A stretch of DNA of 64,000 nt from the NCBI GenBank assembly GCA_963828465.1, contig CAWHEU010000025.1:96001-160000 (forward strand), in the 5' to 3' direction. This document shows positions 50,806-61,044 of the stretch, piece by piece (within the stretch, counting starts at the first letter, position 1; each line of letters begins with the position of its first letter). A program made the translations under genes and the position numbers. Origin of the DNA: an uncultured Acidobacteriota bacterium. GTDB lineage: Bacteria > Actinomycetota > Acidimicrobiia > Spongiisociales > ZC4RG35. The notes under the pieces are model-generated. The model saw only the letters and a list, made by a program, of their open reading frames with translations. It did not search any database and had not been told where the DNA came from.

Positions 50806-51568
50806 CGAGGTAGACCTTGACGACCCGGGGATCGGCCCTCACCTCAGCAGGTGTGCCTTCCATCAGAATCGACCCTTCCGCCATGACTATCACCCGACTG
50901 GCCAGCCCGAAGATGAACTCCATGTTGTGCTCCACAATGGCGAAGGTGACTCCCTGTTCGGTGTTGAGCTCACGAATCCTGCCTTCCAGGTCTCCGAGCA
51001 TCCCCGGGTTCACCCCTCCCGCAGGCTCGTCGAGGAAGACGACCTCCGGGTTGGCCATGAACGCCATCGCTGTGTCGAGCAGCTTCTTCTGGCCAAACGA
51101 GAGGCTCGCGGCGTATTGGTCGGCAAGGTGCCCGAGCCGGAACCGATTCAGGACCGCATCGACAGTCGCGTCGAGACCCAGGTTCGGGCTCTTGAAGAGC
51201 GTGCCTGCGATGGTCGAGATATGAGGCTGGGCCGCAGTCATCAGGTTCTCCCGCACGGTCATTGAATCGAACACCTGGAGAAGCTGGAACGTGCGCGCCA
51301 GCCCGTACTTGGCCCGGCGATGGGGCATCCATTTCGTGACGTCGGTCTCGCCCACGGTCACGGTGCCGCCATCGGACCGATATTGCCCCAGCACGCAGTT
51401 GAAGAGGGTCGTCTTGCCGCATCCATTGGGACCGATTAGGCCAAGGATCTCGCCCGGGTACACATCGAAGGAGACATCGTTGACCGCGGTGATGCCGCCA
51501 AAGCGCTTGGACACGTTGCGCACACTCACCAACGGCGTCCTCGCCTCGGCGATGGCGCTGACGGTCAT
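50798..51568 (-). CDS. HAAT (LivG-like) ABC ATPase
   Basis: GPNGCGKT, LSFGQ, LDEPAGG, VEHNM, YLG. Confidence 0.92.
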   Translation of the reverse strand: MTVSAIAEARTPLVSVRNVSKRFGGITAVNDVSFDVYPGEILGLIGPNGCGKTTLFNCVLGQYRSDGGTVTVGETDVTKWMPHRRAKYGLARTFQLLQVFDSMTVRENLMTAAQPHISTIAGTLFKSPNLGLDATVDAVLNRFRLGHLADQYAASLSFGQKKLLDTAMAFMANPEVVFLDEPAGGVNPGMLGDLEGRIRELNTEQGVTFAIVEHNMEFIFGLASRVIVMAEGSILMEGTPAEVRADPRVVKVYLGA

Positions 51569-52782
51569 GTTCCCCTCCTCTTGGCGGCGATGCTGGCCCT
51601 GAACAGGTTGAAGCTGCCGGCGATCCCTCTCGGCGCCACGATCAGGACGACGATGGCGAGCAGACCAAACCAGAACCTGTACCAGTCACCGAGAACACGC
51701 AGAGAGTCGGAGACGATGGTGATGAACGACGTCCCGATGAGGGGCCCGGCCAGTGTCCCCAAACCACCTATGACCGTTGCGAAGAGAAAGTCGAAGGACT
51801 GTCCGAGGAAGAAACTTCGTGGCTCGATGTACTCCAACAGACGCGCATAGAGGGCCCCGGCACCCCCGGCCAGCCCGGAACCGATGGCGAAGGCCAGCAA
51901 TGTGTAGGTGCGGACATCGATCCCGAGACTCGACGCTCGTTGGGAATTGTCCCGAATCGCCTTGAACGACCTGCCCCATGGTGAGCGAACGATCCACCAA
52001 ACGATGATCATCGTCAGCACGAGGAATGCGAGACAAAGGTAGTAGTAGTTCTGCAACGGGGTCATGTCGATTCCGAGGACCTCGAGGTCCTGTCTCCTAA
52101 CGATGATGCCCCTAGAGCCATTTGTGATGCCGACCTCGTTGTTGAAGACGATGTAGACGAGGACATTGAAGGCCAGAGTCACGAACGCGAGCCACGGGCC
52201 ACGCACCCGCAGGCCAGCCATGCCGATCAGGATGCTGAACAGCATGGCGACCGCGATCGCGATCACCATTGTCAGCAGAAAAGGGAGATCGGGCAGGTCG
52301 ATCACGATCCCGAACGCTTCGATCTCGCGGCCGGAGTCGAGGAGCACCGACGTGTAGGCGCCGATGCCCAGGAATGCAGCCTGCGCGATCGATACCTGCC
52401 CCGCATATCCGAACATGAGGTTCATCCCGATCACACACACCGAGAAGACCGCATAGAGCCCGAAGTCGGTGAGGGTCGAGTTCGCCCGACCGAAGGGAAA
52501 GACGACCAGGAATGCCACGAAACAGACGGTGGACATGACTCGCACGGCAGTGCCGTTCCTGCTGGCCCTGGGGATGAGGAGATTCGCCCCGAGGACTCCG
52601 GCGAGGACGAGCACCCACAGCCACATGACCGGTGTGAACTCGGATCTGCCGATTGGGAACCACACGAGGAAGGCCATTGCAAGCGTCAAGCCGGCAATTA
52701 GGAGAGGGGACAAGACGCCGCGGTCTTCAGACCTGGCCCGGGTCAGCTCGCGGTCATCGACGATCTGATCCCGGCCGCTCAT
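51565..52782 (-). CDS. HAAT (LivM-like) ABC permease
   Basis: GYAGQVSIAQAAFLGIGAY, SPWGRSFKAIRD, GGLGT. Confidence 0.9.
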   Translation of the reverse strand: MSGRDQIVDDRELTRARSEDRGVLSPLLIAGLTLAMAFLVWFPIGRSEFTPVMWLWVLVLAGVLGANLLIPRASRNGTAVRVMSTVCFVAFLVVFPFGRANSTLTDFGLYAVFSVCVIGMNLMFGYAGQVSIAQAAFLGIGAYTSVLLDSGREIEAFGIVIDLPDLPFLLTMVIAIAVAMLFSILIGMAGLRVRGPWLAFVTLAFNVLVYIVFNNEVGITNGSRGIIVRRQDLEVLGIDMTPLQNYYYLCLAFLVLTMIIVWWIVRSPWGRSFKAIRDNSQRASSLGIDVRTYTLLAFAIGSGLAGGAGALYARLLEYIEPRSFFLGQSFDFLFATVIGGLGTLAGPLIGTSFITIVSDSLRVLGDWYRFWFGLLAIVVLIVAPRGIAGSFNLFRASIAAKRRGT

Positions 52783-53726
52783 ACGATCCGCTCCTCAGGC
52801 CGACCGAACAGTCCCTGTGGCCGCCAGAGGATGACGATGATCATCAGGACGAGGGGGATGAACTCCCTGTAGGCGCTGGACAGATAGGTGCCCGACCAGT
52901 TCTGGATGACACCGACCAGGAACCCACCGAACAGTGCTCCCCTCACCTGGTTGAAGCCCCCGATGATCGCCGCGGTGAACGCAGCCAAACCGAGAGAGAT
53001 GCCGCCGTCGAATCGTGCTGTCGTCACCGGGGCCACGAGCAAAGCGGCAACAGTGACCAGCGCTGCGTTGATGGCGAAGGTGTAGAAGACCATCCGATTC
53101 ACCGGAATCCCCAACACGCGAGCCGTCTCCTGGTTCTGGGCGGTCGCCTGCATCTGCCTCCCGGTGTAGGTGCGATTGAGGAAGAATTGGAGGCCGATGA
53201 TCACGACAGTCGCGACGACGAGGACACCGACGTCGATGGCAGTGATGGACACACCCCCGACGTTCCATACGTAGTTGCCGAATGGTGAGGGAAACCTCTG
53301 GGGGGCGGCGCCGAAGGAGATGCGCAGGTATTCGCGCATCACGAGAGCCAATCCCAAGGTCGCGATCACTAGCGGGATGTCGTCCCCGCCGGGCTCGAGC
53401 AGCTGGTCGACCATCGTTCGCTTGAACACGTAGCCGAGCAGGAAGATCATCAGGGGCACCGTGATCGCGAAGGCGGCGATGATGCCCAGCTGCGGAATGG
53501 GACCGACGAGTTGGGTCCCCCCGATCAGGGGTATGAACTCGGGTATGCCGATCACCGGCTGCTGGGTGAGAACCAGCATCACCACTGCGGGCAGCACGAT
53601 GAATTCCCCGTGAGCGAAGTTGATTGCGCCGGCGGTCTGCCATAGGAGCGCGAAACCGACTGCGGCGATGGCGAAAACCGCGCCGGTGGCCAGCCCGGAG
53701 AAAGTGACCTGTAGGAACTGCTCCAT
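52779..53726 (-). CDS. HAAT (LivH-like) ABC permease
   Basis: INFAHGE, GRQMQATAQN, RPQGLFG. Confidence 0.9.
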   Translation of the reverse strand: MEQFLQVTFSGLATGAVFAIAAVGFALLWQTAGAINFAHGEFIVLPAVVMLVLTQQPVIGIPEFIPLIGGTQLVGPIPQLGIIAAFAITVPLMIFLLGYVFKRTMVDQLLEPGGDDIPLVIATLGLALVMREYLRISFGAAPQRFPSPFGNYVWNVGGVSITAIDVGVLVVATVVIIGLQFFLNRTYTGRQMQATAQNQETARVLGIPVNRMVFYTFAINAALVTVAALLVAPVTTARFDGGISLGLAAFTAAIIGGFNQVRGALFGGFLVGVIQNWSGTYLSSAYREFIPLVLMIIVILWRPQGLFGRPEERIV

Positions 53727-53750
53727 GAACGGGTGTGGGCGGCGACGCTA

Positions 53751-53786
53751 ATCGGCCGACGTCGGCTTGCGCTGACGTCGGCCGAT
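53751..53786. terminator. Intercistronic stem-loop after the substrate-binding protein gene
   Basis: atcggccgacgtcggc-ttgc-gctgacgtcggccgat. Confidence 0.6.
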
Positions 53787-53811
53787 CAACTCACTCAGTG
53801 AGACCCTTGCT

Positions 53812-55116
53812 TCAGCAGCCTCGTTCCGACAGGTTGTCGAGCGGTGGCGCACTGGCAGCCACCACACCGACGCCATCGACGACCTCGAGGATGAAGCTCT
53901 CACGGTCGAGGTCTCCATTGCCATCGAAGGTCACATCAAGAAGCACACCCGGCTCGTCATCCACCGTGATCGTGGCGCAGTGCAACTGATCAGCGAGGGC
54001 GAGACGATCGAATCCACCGATCCTCTCGGTCATCTCCTTGACGTAGTGCACCGACATGTAGCCCTTGATGTTGTTGTGGTCCACTCCCTCGATACCGGGG
54101 TGGAACTCCTCATGGGCGGTGCGCCAGTCGGCGAACACATCCGCACCGGCAGCCAGGTTCGAGTGCGACTTGGCTCCATCGCCGGCGCCGGGCTGGGCGA
54201 GCTCCAGCGAGGCAGGGGAAGTGAGCACGTCACCGCCGTACAGGGGCTTTGCCAGACCCTGGGCCGTCCGCTCGTCGAGGAAGGCACCCGTCTCGATCTC
54301 CGTCATGTAGACGAACACCGAGTCGGAGTCCGAGGCGATCAATTGAGCCACCTCACCCGACTGGTCGAGCTGATCTGGCTGCACCAGGATCTCCTCGCCT
54401 ATCTCGATGCCCTCGGCTTCCATCGCGTCGCGATGTGCCCCGGCGCCTCCGGCTCCGAACTCGTCGTTCTTGTAGATGATGTCGACCTTCTGCACGCCTT
54501 CTTCAAGCATGAACTCCACGAGCTTGGGAGCGGCGTTGTCACCGCCGAACGAGGTTCGGAAGATGAAGTTGTTGTCGCCGTTCAGCTCTCGGTTGGTGAT
54601 GTCGGGAGCTTCGGCACCGACAAACTGCGGGATCTCGGCTTCCTGTGCTACGACCATGTTGACGATGGTCACGCTGGAGAACACGGTCCCGAGGAGGGCG
54701 TAGGGGTCCAACTCCACACCTTCGGAGACGACTTGCAAGCCGATGTCCGGGTCACCCTGAGTGCCCTCGAACTGGACTTCCACCGTGCACCCGAGGATTC
54801 CGCCCTCATTGTTGACGTCGGCGATGGCGTGCTCGATCCCGGCGCGCCAGTTGACGCCCGCAGGCTGGTTCTCTTCATAGGGCGCGAAAAGGAACACGCT
54901 GTTGTTCTCGTGGGGACACTCAGCCTCGGCGGCCGCCGTGGTGGTGGCTCCCGCCGCAGTCGTCGTGGTCTCGGCCTCGTCGCCCGCGGTCGTAGTCGCC
55001 TCTTCGCCGGCGGACGTCGTCGTCCCTTCCTCGCCACCGGTGCCTCCGCAAGCTGCCATCAGCAACGTGAGCACCGCCAGCAAGGCCAGCAACCGGTTCC
55101 CTCGCTTCTCGGTCAT
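53812..55116 (-). CDS. HAAT (LivK-like) substrate-binding lipoprotein
   Basis: Lipobox MAAC, Thr/Ala/Glu-rich linker, INxxGG-like VNNEGGILG, FIFRT. Confidence 0.88.
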   Translation of the reverse strand: MTEKRGNRLLALLAVLTLLMAACGGTGGEEGTTTSAGEEATTTAGDEAETTTTAAGATTTAAAEAECPHENNSVFLFAPYEENQPAGVNWRAGIEHAIADVNNEGGILGCTVEVQFEGTQGDPDIGLQVVSEGVELDPYALLGTVFSSVTIVNMVVAQEAEIPQFVGAEAPDITNRELNGDNNFIFRTSFGGDNAAPKLVEFMLEEGVQKVDIIYKNDEFGAGGAGAHRDAMEAEGIEIGEEILVQPDQLDQSGEVAQLIASDSDSVFVYMTEIETGAFLDERTAQGLAKPLYGGDVLTSPASLELAQPGAGDGAKSHSNLAAGADVFADWRTAHEEFHPGIEGVDHNNIKGYMSVHYVKEMTERIGGFDRLALADQLHCATITVDDEPGVLLDVTFDGNGDLDRESFILEVVDGVGVVAASAPPLDNLSERGC

Positions 55117-55199
55117 CTCATCCTCCTCCACGGGAACCCGCCCTCATCGCGCATTCCCGAATTGAATGCAGTGAATATAGCGATAAGGTTCGCGGTGCG

Positions 55200-56057
55200 T
55201 CAATTGATTGGAAGCAGCGCCCGCATCTCGATCTCCACCCCCGTGGCGACCTCGTCGGGCAGGTCGATCCCGGTGAAGTGATGGAAAGCGTCGAGAGCCT
55301 GGCCGAGAAAGAGCTCCAATCCGTCGAAGACCATCAGTCCAGCCTCCATCGCCCTTTGCACCAATGGCGTGTGCACCGGTGTGTAGACCGCGTCGAACAG
55401 CCACTGCTGTCCGCCGATCGCGTCGAGCGAGACAGGAGTCCCAGGCGAGAAGTGCATACCGAGAGGTGTCCCGTTGAAGATCCCGGTCGCCGCTCGAACA
55501 GCCGCTTCCTGGGTGGCTCGGCTCACGGCTGTTCCCGGGAAGCTCCGAACGAGATCGTGCACTAGCTTCGCCGCCCGACCTGGGTCGAGGTCCGAGACCC
55601 GTATCTCCTCGGCACCCAGGCCGGCGAAGGCGAAGGCGGCCGCCCGTCCCACGCCTCCCGCGCCGATTATCGCCACCCTCCCTGGTGTCTCCGCCCCCAT
55701 CCGCTCCCGCCACCGACGCTGCAGACCGGAGTGATCCGTGTTGAAGCCGCTGACGACATTATCGGGTCCGAACACGAGAGTGTTGACCGCCCCAATCGAG
55801 TTCACGCCTGGCCCGGCGAGGTCCGCGAGGTCCAGGGCGGCTTGCTTGAACGGGTAGGTGACGTTGATGCCGTCGAACCCCTGTGAACTGACACCCCGGA
55901 TCACCGCGGCCAACTCCTCTGCGTCGAGGTCCGGTTGGGCGAGCAGGTCGTAAGTGACGTCCAATCCCATCCGTGCCCCGGCCTCGATGTGAAATGCCGG
56001 CGCCAGGGAACGGCTGATATTCGAGCCAATGAGCCCAAGCCGAATGCGTCGAGTCAA
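55200..56057 (-). CDS. Shikimate/quinate dehydrogenase (AroE/YdiB family)
   Basis: SRSLAP, NVTYPFK, GAVNT, NTD, GAGGVG, DAVYTP; TTGA overlap with the regulator. Confidence 0.9.
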   Translation of the reverse strand: MTRRIRLGLIGSNISRSLAPAFHIEAGARMGLDVTYDLLAQPDLDAEELAAVIRGVSSQGFDGINVTYPFKQAALDLADLAGPGVNSIGAVNTLVFGPDNVVSGFNTDHSGLQRRWRERMGAETPGRVAIIGAGGVGRAAAFAFAGLGAEEIRVSDLDPGRAAKLVHDLVRSFPGTAVSRATQEAAVRAATGIFNGTPLGMHFSPGTPVSLDAIGGQQWLFDAVYTPVHTPLVQRAMEAGLMVFDGLELFLGQALDAFHHFTGIDLPDEVATGVEIEMRALLPIN

Positions 56058-56839
56058 TCCTGTGCCAGGTCTTGGGAACTGTCGCTGGATCCGTCCATCG
56101 CCCAGAGGCGTTTCAGTGACGCCGATCCGGTGGTGACACGATGACCATCTCGACCCAGCGGTGAGACGATTCTCACGACCTCTCCGTATTCCTGGGCGAG
56201 CTCGATGTCGCCATCGACGACTGCGTGGAACAAGTTGGCATGCGCCTCGATCCGTCGACGCTCCCGGGAGGCTTCGGGCCCGGTATCGGGGAAGTCCACA
56301 TCGATGATCAGAGCCTCGGCTGCATCGAGGAGGTTCTGGTAGATCAAACGCAAAGTGGCGCTGTCTGCAAGCTTCAACAGCAACCGGTGCCCCCTCCATA
56401 TGACGCGCTGGGTATCGAAGGAGATCTCGGCGTTGTCGAGATGTCCTGCGATCGCATCGAGTTCGGCGAGGTCTTTGGGGTCCCGATCGGCGGCTCGGGC
56501 AGCCGAGACGCCGAGGAGCGAGGTGAGGGCCTCTCGCAACTCGATATTCTCCCCGAGCGACTGGGCGTTTCTCGCCCACAATTGCTTTGTACCGAGGCGA
56601 AGCACCGGTTGAGACTGGGCGACGAAGACACCACCCTTCGGGCCCCGTCTCAGGGAGACCAACCCGTCATTGGCGAGGAGCTTCAGGGCCTGATCGAGAG
56701 TCGGCCCGGCGACTCTGAACTCGGCTTGTAGCTCGGACTTGAGACCGATCCGATCACCAGGCTCCAGATGCCCATCGGTGATCCGCTGCTCGATGACGCT
56801 CCGGATCCACTCCGGTACCGATTCCAATCTATCCATCAA
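56054..56839 (-). CDS. FadR/GntR family regulator
   Basis: LEPGDRIG...ALKLLANDGLVSLRRGPKGGVFV plus FCD-like C-terminus. Confidence 0.82.
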   Translation of the reverse strand: MMDRLESVPEWIRSVIEQRITDGHLEPGDRIGLKSELQAEFRVAGPTLDQALKLLANDGLVSLRRGPKGGVFVAQSQPVLRLGTKQLWARNAQSLGENIELREALTSLLGVSAARAADRDPKDLAELDAIAGHLDNAEISFDTQRVIWRGHRLLLKLADSATLRLIYQNLLDAAEALIIDVDFPDTGPEASRERRRIEAHANLFHAVVDGDIELAQEYGEVVRIVSPLGRDGHRVTTGSASLKRLWAMDGSSDSSQDLAQD

Positions 56840-56903
56840 CGTTCATTCGGTCTCGACGATCCACGAAACAGGGTGGCCCACCCTCGGCGCTATTTTAGCC
56901 TCA

Positions 56904-57740
56904 ATGAGTTTAGGGAATGGCGGCCTGATCCCCACAGGGACATCGGACCTGTACAGCATTATCGGGCACCCGGTCACTCAGGTCCAGGCCCCGGGACTGT
57001 TCAACCAGTTCTTCGCAGAAACCGGAGCCGACGCGGTTTTCGTCGCCCTCGATCTCGACCCTGAGGGGGTCAGGTCCTTCTTCGAGGCAATGAGGGTCGC
57101 CGCCAATTACCGCGGGGGATTCGTGACCGTTCCTCACAAGGGAGCCGCTTCAGGCTGCATGGACGAGCTCACAACCCGGGCTCGTGCGCTCGGGTCAGTC
57201 AATGCCGTCAAGAACGACCATGGCCGGCTGATCGGCGACATGACCGATGGGCCCGCGTTCCTCGAGGCAACCCGAGGGCGCGGGCTGGATGTTCGGGGTC
57301 GCCGAGTGGCGATGATCGGCGGGGGTCACGCAGCGACGGCGATAGCACATGCCTGCGCCGAACAGGGAGCAGCGGAACTGGTGATGAGCGTCCGCCGCAC
57401 TGAGCGCCATGCCGAGCTGCGCCGGATAGTCGAGTCGGTCCCCGAACCACCCCAGCTCAGCTTCGACCTCGAAACCCTGGATGGGTTCGATCTCGTCATC
57501 AACGGGACGACCGTGGGGATGGCGGACGACCCCAATGTCCCGTTCCCGGTCGACACGATGTCGCCGTCGTCACTCATAGCCGAGGTGGTGACTCAGCCAA
57601 GGGTGACTCCTTGGCTAAGAGCCGCGCTCGACCGAGGCTGTCGTGTCCAGTACGGACGGGACATGACGCGTGCCCAGACCCAGCTGGTCGGACCGTGGTG
57701 GGGTCTCGATCTCCCCCTTGTGGATTGGGACGCCGGCTAG
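56904..57740 (+). CDS. Second shikimate dehydrogenase-family protein
   Basis: IIGHPVTQVQAP, VTVPHK, GSVNA, GDMTDG. Confidence 0.88.
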   Translation: MSLGNGGLIPTGTSDLYSIIGHPVTQVQAPGLFNQFFAETGADAVFVALDLDPEGVRSFFEAMRVAANYRGGFVTVPHKGAASGCMDELTTRARALGSVNAVKNDHGRLIGDMTDGPAFLEATRGRGLDVRGRRVAMIGGGHAATAIAHACAEQGAAELVMSVRRTERHAELRRIVESVPEPPQLSFDLETLDGFDLVINGTTVGMADDPNVPFPVDTMSPSSLIAEVVTQPRVTPWLRAALDRGCRVQYGRDMTRAQTQLVGPWWGLDLPLVDWDAG

Positions 57741-57800
57741 GTCAGTCTATTTTCAAGCGGGAATCGGGGCTACGGGTCTCGACCGATATCCTCTAAAGCG

Positions 57801-59426
57801 ATGACGCCTGACAACAACCTCGTGCTCACCGGGTTCATGGGGACCGGAAAGACGACCGTCGGGCAACAGTTGGCTCGAAAACTCGGCCGTGAGTTCGTCG
57901 ACACTGATCTCGTCATCGAAGAACGCCACGGCCCGATCCACGAGATCTTCGAGAGACAAGGAGAGACTGCGTTCCGTGACATCGAGCGCTCCTTGGCGCA
58001 CGAGCTCGGCCAGCGAAAGGGCCTCGTGATCGCAACGGGTGGCCGAATGCTCCTCGATCGGGAGAACTTCAAGGCCTTGAGCAAGAACGGTCGGATCTTC
58101 TGTCTGGTAGCCACACCTGAGGAGATCTACGACCGGGTGACGGGCGATCCTGTCCGCGTCAACCGTCCGTTACTCGAAGTGGCGGACCCCAAGCAACGGA
58201 TCATCGAGCTGCTTGGCGAACGTGGTCCGGACTACGAACGCTTCCCTCAGCTGACCACTGATCAAATCGAGCCGGACGGCATCGCGGAGGAACTCGCCGA
58301 CCTGTGGGAAGGGCACGACACCTACCCGATAGCAAATCCAAGCGGCGGCTACGAGTTCACGGTTGGCGCCGGGATCCTTCCATTTCTCCACCAGCTTGCA
58401 TCGATACGTGGCCCATCGGTCGTCATCACCGATGACGTTGTCTATGACCTGTATGGGCATAGCCTCGGCGATTCAGACCTGACGATCACGTTGCCGGCCG
58501 GCCGCCACCAGAAGACGGTGGATTCGGTCCAGATCGTGTACGACCGGCTACTCGAAGCGGGTATTGATCGCTCGGCAACCATCGTTTCGCTCGGGACCAG
58601 CATCATCGGTGACATCGCCGGCTTCGCGGCGGCCACGTACCTGCGCGGGGTGGATCTCGTCCACTGTCCCACCAACCTCATCGCCATGATCGACACGAGT
58701 ATCGGCGGCAAGGTGGGTCTGGATACTCCCCAGGGGAGAAACCTGGTCGGGCTCTACAAGCAGCCGAAGGCGGTGCTTGCCGACGTGGCCACGCTGCAGA
58801 CTCTGCCCGATCGAGATTTCTTCTCGGGCCTGGCAGAAGTCATCAAGCACGGGCTGATCGCGAGCTCCTTCTTGCTCGACCACATCAAAGAGACCGACTG
58901 GCGCAGCAATACGCGGTTGTCACCAGGAGCCCTCGCCAATCTCCAGTATCTCGTCGCTCAGGCGATACAGATCAAGATCGCAATCGTCCAGGAGGACCCG
59001 TTCGAGGAATCGGGTCGTCGAACCGTCCTCAACCTCGGTCATACCTTTGCCTACGCGATCGAACACACCACTGGCGGTGAATGGAATCATGGCGAGGCAG
59101 TGGCTGTCGGCCTCATCGCGTCCGCGCGTCTGTCTGAGCTCACCGGCCACGCCGCCACGGGGTTGTCCGACGTAGTGGAGGCCTTCGTCTCACACGTCGG
59201 GCTGTCGACGCGACTACCCGACGGAATCCCTCCGCGAGCCCTCGTAGAAGCGATGCAGACAGACAAGAAGAGGGTTGGCGGTCAGCTCAGATTCGTGCTT
59301 CTCAGAGATGTCGGAGACCCATTCGTAGCCGATGACATCACCGAGTCGGAAGTGCTCGAGGTGCTCGAGGGGATGTACCAGAACGGATCGGCTGAGCAGC
59401 ACGACGTCACTGCCCACACGGCGTAG
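57801..59426 (+). CDS. aroKB: Bifunctional shikimate kinase / 3-dehydroquinate synthase
   Basis: GFMGTGKT, ATGG; then DIAGFAAATYLRG, DTSIGGK, AEVIKH, LNLGHTFAYAIE, HGEAV, DKK. Confidence 0.92.
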   Translation: MTPDNNLVLTGFMGTGKTTVGQQLARKLGREFVDTDLVIEERHGPIHEIFERQGETAFRDIERSLAHELGQRKGLVIATGGRMLLDRENFKALSKNGRIFCLVATPEEIYDRVTGDPVRVNRPLLEVADPKQRIIELLGERGPDYERFPQLTTDQIEPDGIAEELADLWEGHDTYPIANPSGGYEFTVGAGILPFLHQLASIRGPSVVITDDVVYDLYGHSLGDSDLTITLPAGRHQKTVDSVQIVYDRLLEAGIDRSATIVSLGTSIIGDIAGFAAATYLRGVDLVHCPTNLIAMIDTSIGGKVGLDTPQGRNLVGLYKQPKAVLADVATLQTLPDRDFFSGLAEVIKHGLIASSFLLDHIKETDWRSNTRLSPGALANLQYLVAQAIQIKIAIVQEDPFEESGRRTVLNLGHTFAYAIEHTTGGEWNHGEAVAVGLIASARLSELTGHAATGLSDVVEAFVSHVGLSTRLPDGIPPRALVEAMQTDKKRVGGQLRFVLLRDVGDPFVADDITESEVLEVLEGMYQNGSAEQHDVTAHTA

Positions 59427-59482
59427 GGGTCATCAGAACAGAGCCGACCTCGCTTACCTGGACCGGGGTCACGGCCCGCCGG

Positions 59483-60598
59483 ATGGCCCGCCACGCCTTG
59501 ACCGGGCCGGCAAGCGACCTCAGCGCAGCGGACATCGCCGGCGTGATGTGCGGTGCCCATGCCCAGGTTCTCAGCGCCGCTGAGTTCTCGATCGGGAGGC
59601 GCATCGCCGGGGCGACCCGCGCCCACGTCCAGCGAGCCCTTTGGGAGGAACGCACGCTGGTCAAGACCTTCGGTCCGCGCGGCACGGTGCACCTGCTGCC
59701 CACCGCCGACCTGCCGATGTGGACCGGGGCGTTGTCGGCCTTGCCGTCCTCGGTCCCGATGCATCCTGAGCCGGTCCGATTCACACCCGAGCAGGCCGAC
59801 GAGGTCATCGCGGCCATCGGCGACTCCCTTACGGACGCTGAGCTAACCGTGGACGAGCTGACCGAGGCGATTGTGGACCGAACCGGCGCGTGGGCCGGTG
59901 AACGAACAATGGACGCGTTTCAGGACAAGTGGCCACGCTGGCGCCTGCTGACCAGCACGGCCGCACACCGCGGTGTGCTCTGCTTCGGGCCGAACCGGGG
60001 CCGAAACGTGACCTACACCAACCCCCACCGCTGGCTGCCAGGCTTCCAACCCGACGACGACGCGGTGGCGATCCGCACCCTCGTCACGCGATACCTTCAC
60101 GCCTACGGCCCGGCCACGCCCCAGCACTTTGCCCGATGGCTCAACATTCCGCCGCGGAGGGCAGTCGATCTCTTCAACGAGCTCGCATCCGGCCTGGAGG
60201 AGGTAGAGATGGAAGGTGAGGCGGCGTGGGTGATTGTCGGCGATGTCGGGACGCCGAACCAGCCGCACAGGGGGATCACCCTGTTGCCCTACTTCGATGC
60301 TTTCGTCGTTGCCGGTCAGCCTCGGAACCTGCTCTATCCGGGCGCGGCGGCGATCCGTGCCCTCACCCCGTCGGGCCAGGCCGGCAACTACCCGGTACTC
60401 CTTATCGATGGTGTGGTTGGTGGCGTTTGGCACCAGAAGCGATCCGGTCAAAACCTCGCCATCACCGTCGAACCGCTGAGCAAGTTGACGACAACCCAAC
60501 GTCGTCAGCTCGATGAGGAAGTAGATCTCTTAGGCCAGGTCATGGAGGCCAAGCCAACCCTGACGATTGGCGCCGTGACGGTGGGAGCCCACGCCTGA
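59483..60598 (+). CDS. AlkZ/YcaQ-like winged-helix (HTH_42) DNA glycosylase family protein
   Basis: GAHAQ, RGTVHL, RYLHAYGPAT, LLPYFD, DGVVGGVW; start uncertain. Confidence 0.85.
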   Translation: MARHALTGPASDLSAADIAGVMCGAHAQVLSAAEFSIGRRIAGATRAHVQRALWEERTLVKTFGPRGTVHLLPTADLPMWTGALSALPSSVPMHPEPVRFTPEQADEVIAAIGDSLTDAELTVDELTEAIVDRTGAWAGERTMDAFQDKWPRWRLLTSTAAHRGVLCFGPNRGRNVTYTNPHRWLPGFQPDDDAVAIRTLVTRYLHAYGPATPQHFARWLNIPPRRAVDLFNELASGLEEVEMEGEAAWVIVGDVGTPNQPHRGITLLPYFDAFVVAGQPRNLLYPGAAAIRALTPSGQAGNYPVLLIDGVVGGVWHQKRSGQNLAITVEPLSKLTTTQRRQLDEEVDLLGQVMEAKPTLTIGAVTVGAHA

Positions 60599-60601
60599 GT
60601 G

Positions 60602-61036
60602 TCAGATGCGGCTCGCGTACGCGAATCTCTCGAAAGGCCACTTTTCCGCCAGCCACTCGCTGACGGACCGCCACACCACCGGATCCATTTCGGCTCGGCT
60701 CGCCGTAACCCACGAGCTGACCTCGGCGTCGTGTCCCTCGTCCTCAGCGGGGTCGATGTAGAGGCACCCGATCACGTCGTCCCCGTCGAGGACGGAGTAG
60801 GCGAACGCCTTCCGGTCGGTGAACTCGCGGGCGTGTCCCTCCAGATCTGACATGTTCTCCTCGATCGTCATGGGTGATGGCCAGCCACCGTCCATGCCGG
60901 GCGTGGCGCGGATGTGCTCGATGCTCGACATCCACGCCCTGTGGTCACGTTCGTTGTGGGCCGGCCCCAACGGCTCGAGCCGAAAACCGGGACCTGCGAA
61001 GTCCGTCGGCACAACGAAGTCGTCCGGAACGAACAT
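60602..61036 (-). CDS. GNAT-family N-acetyltransferase-like protein
   Basis: LEPLGPAHNERD, FAYSVLD, GCLYIDP, WPF. Confidence 0.8.
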   Translation of the reverse strand: MFVPDDFVVPTDFAGPGFRLEPLGPAHNERDHRAWMSSIEHIRATPGMDGGWPSPMTIEENMSDLEGHAREFTDRKAFAYSVLDGDDVIGCLYIDPAEDEGHDAEVSSWVTASRAEMDPVVWRSVSEWLAEKWPFERFAYASRI

Positions 61037-61044
61037 GACGGCGG

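Noticed and set aside
54915-55040. Low-complexity repeat (accacc/acgacg) in the binding-protein gene
   Set aside because: Encodes an ordinary Thr/Ala/Glu linker of a lipoprotein.
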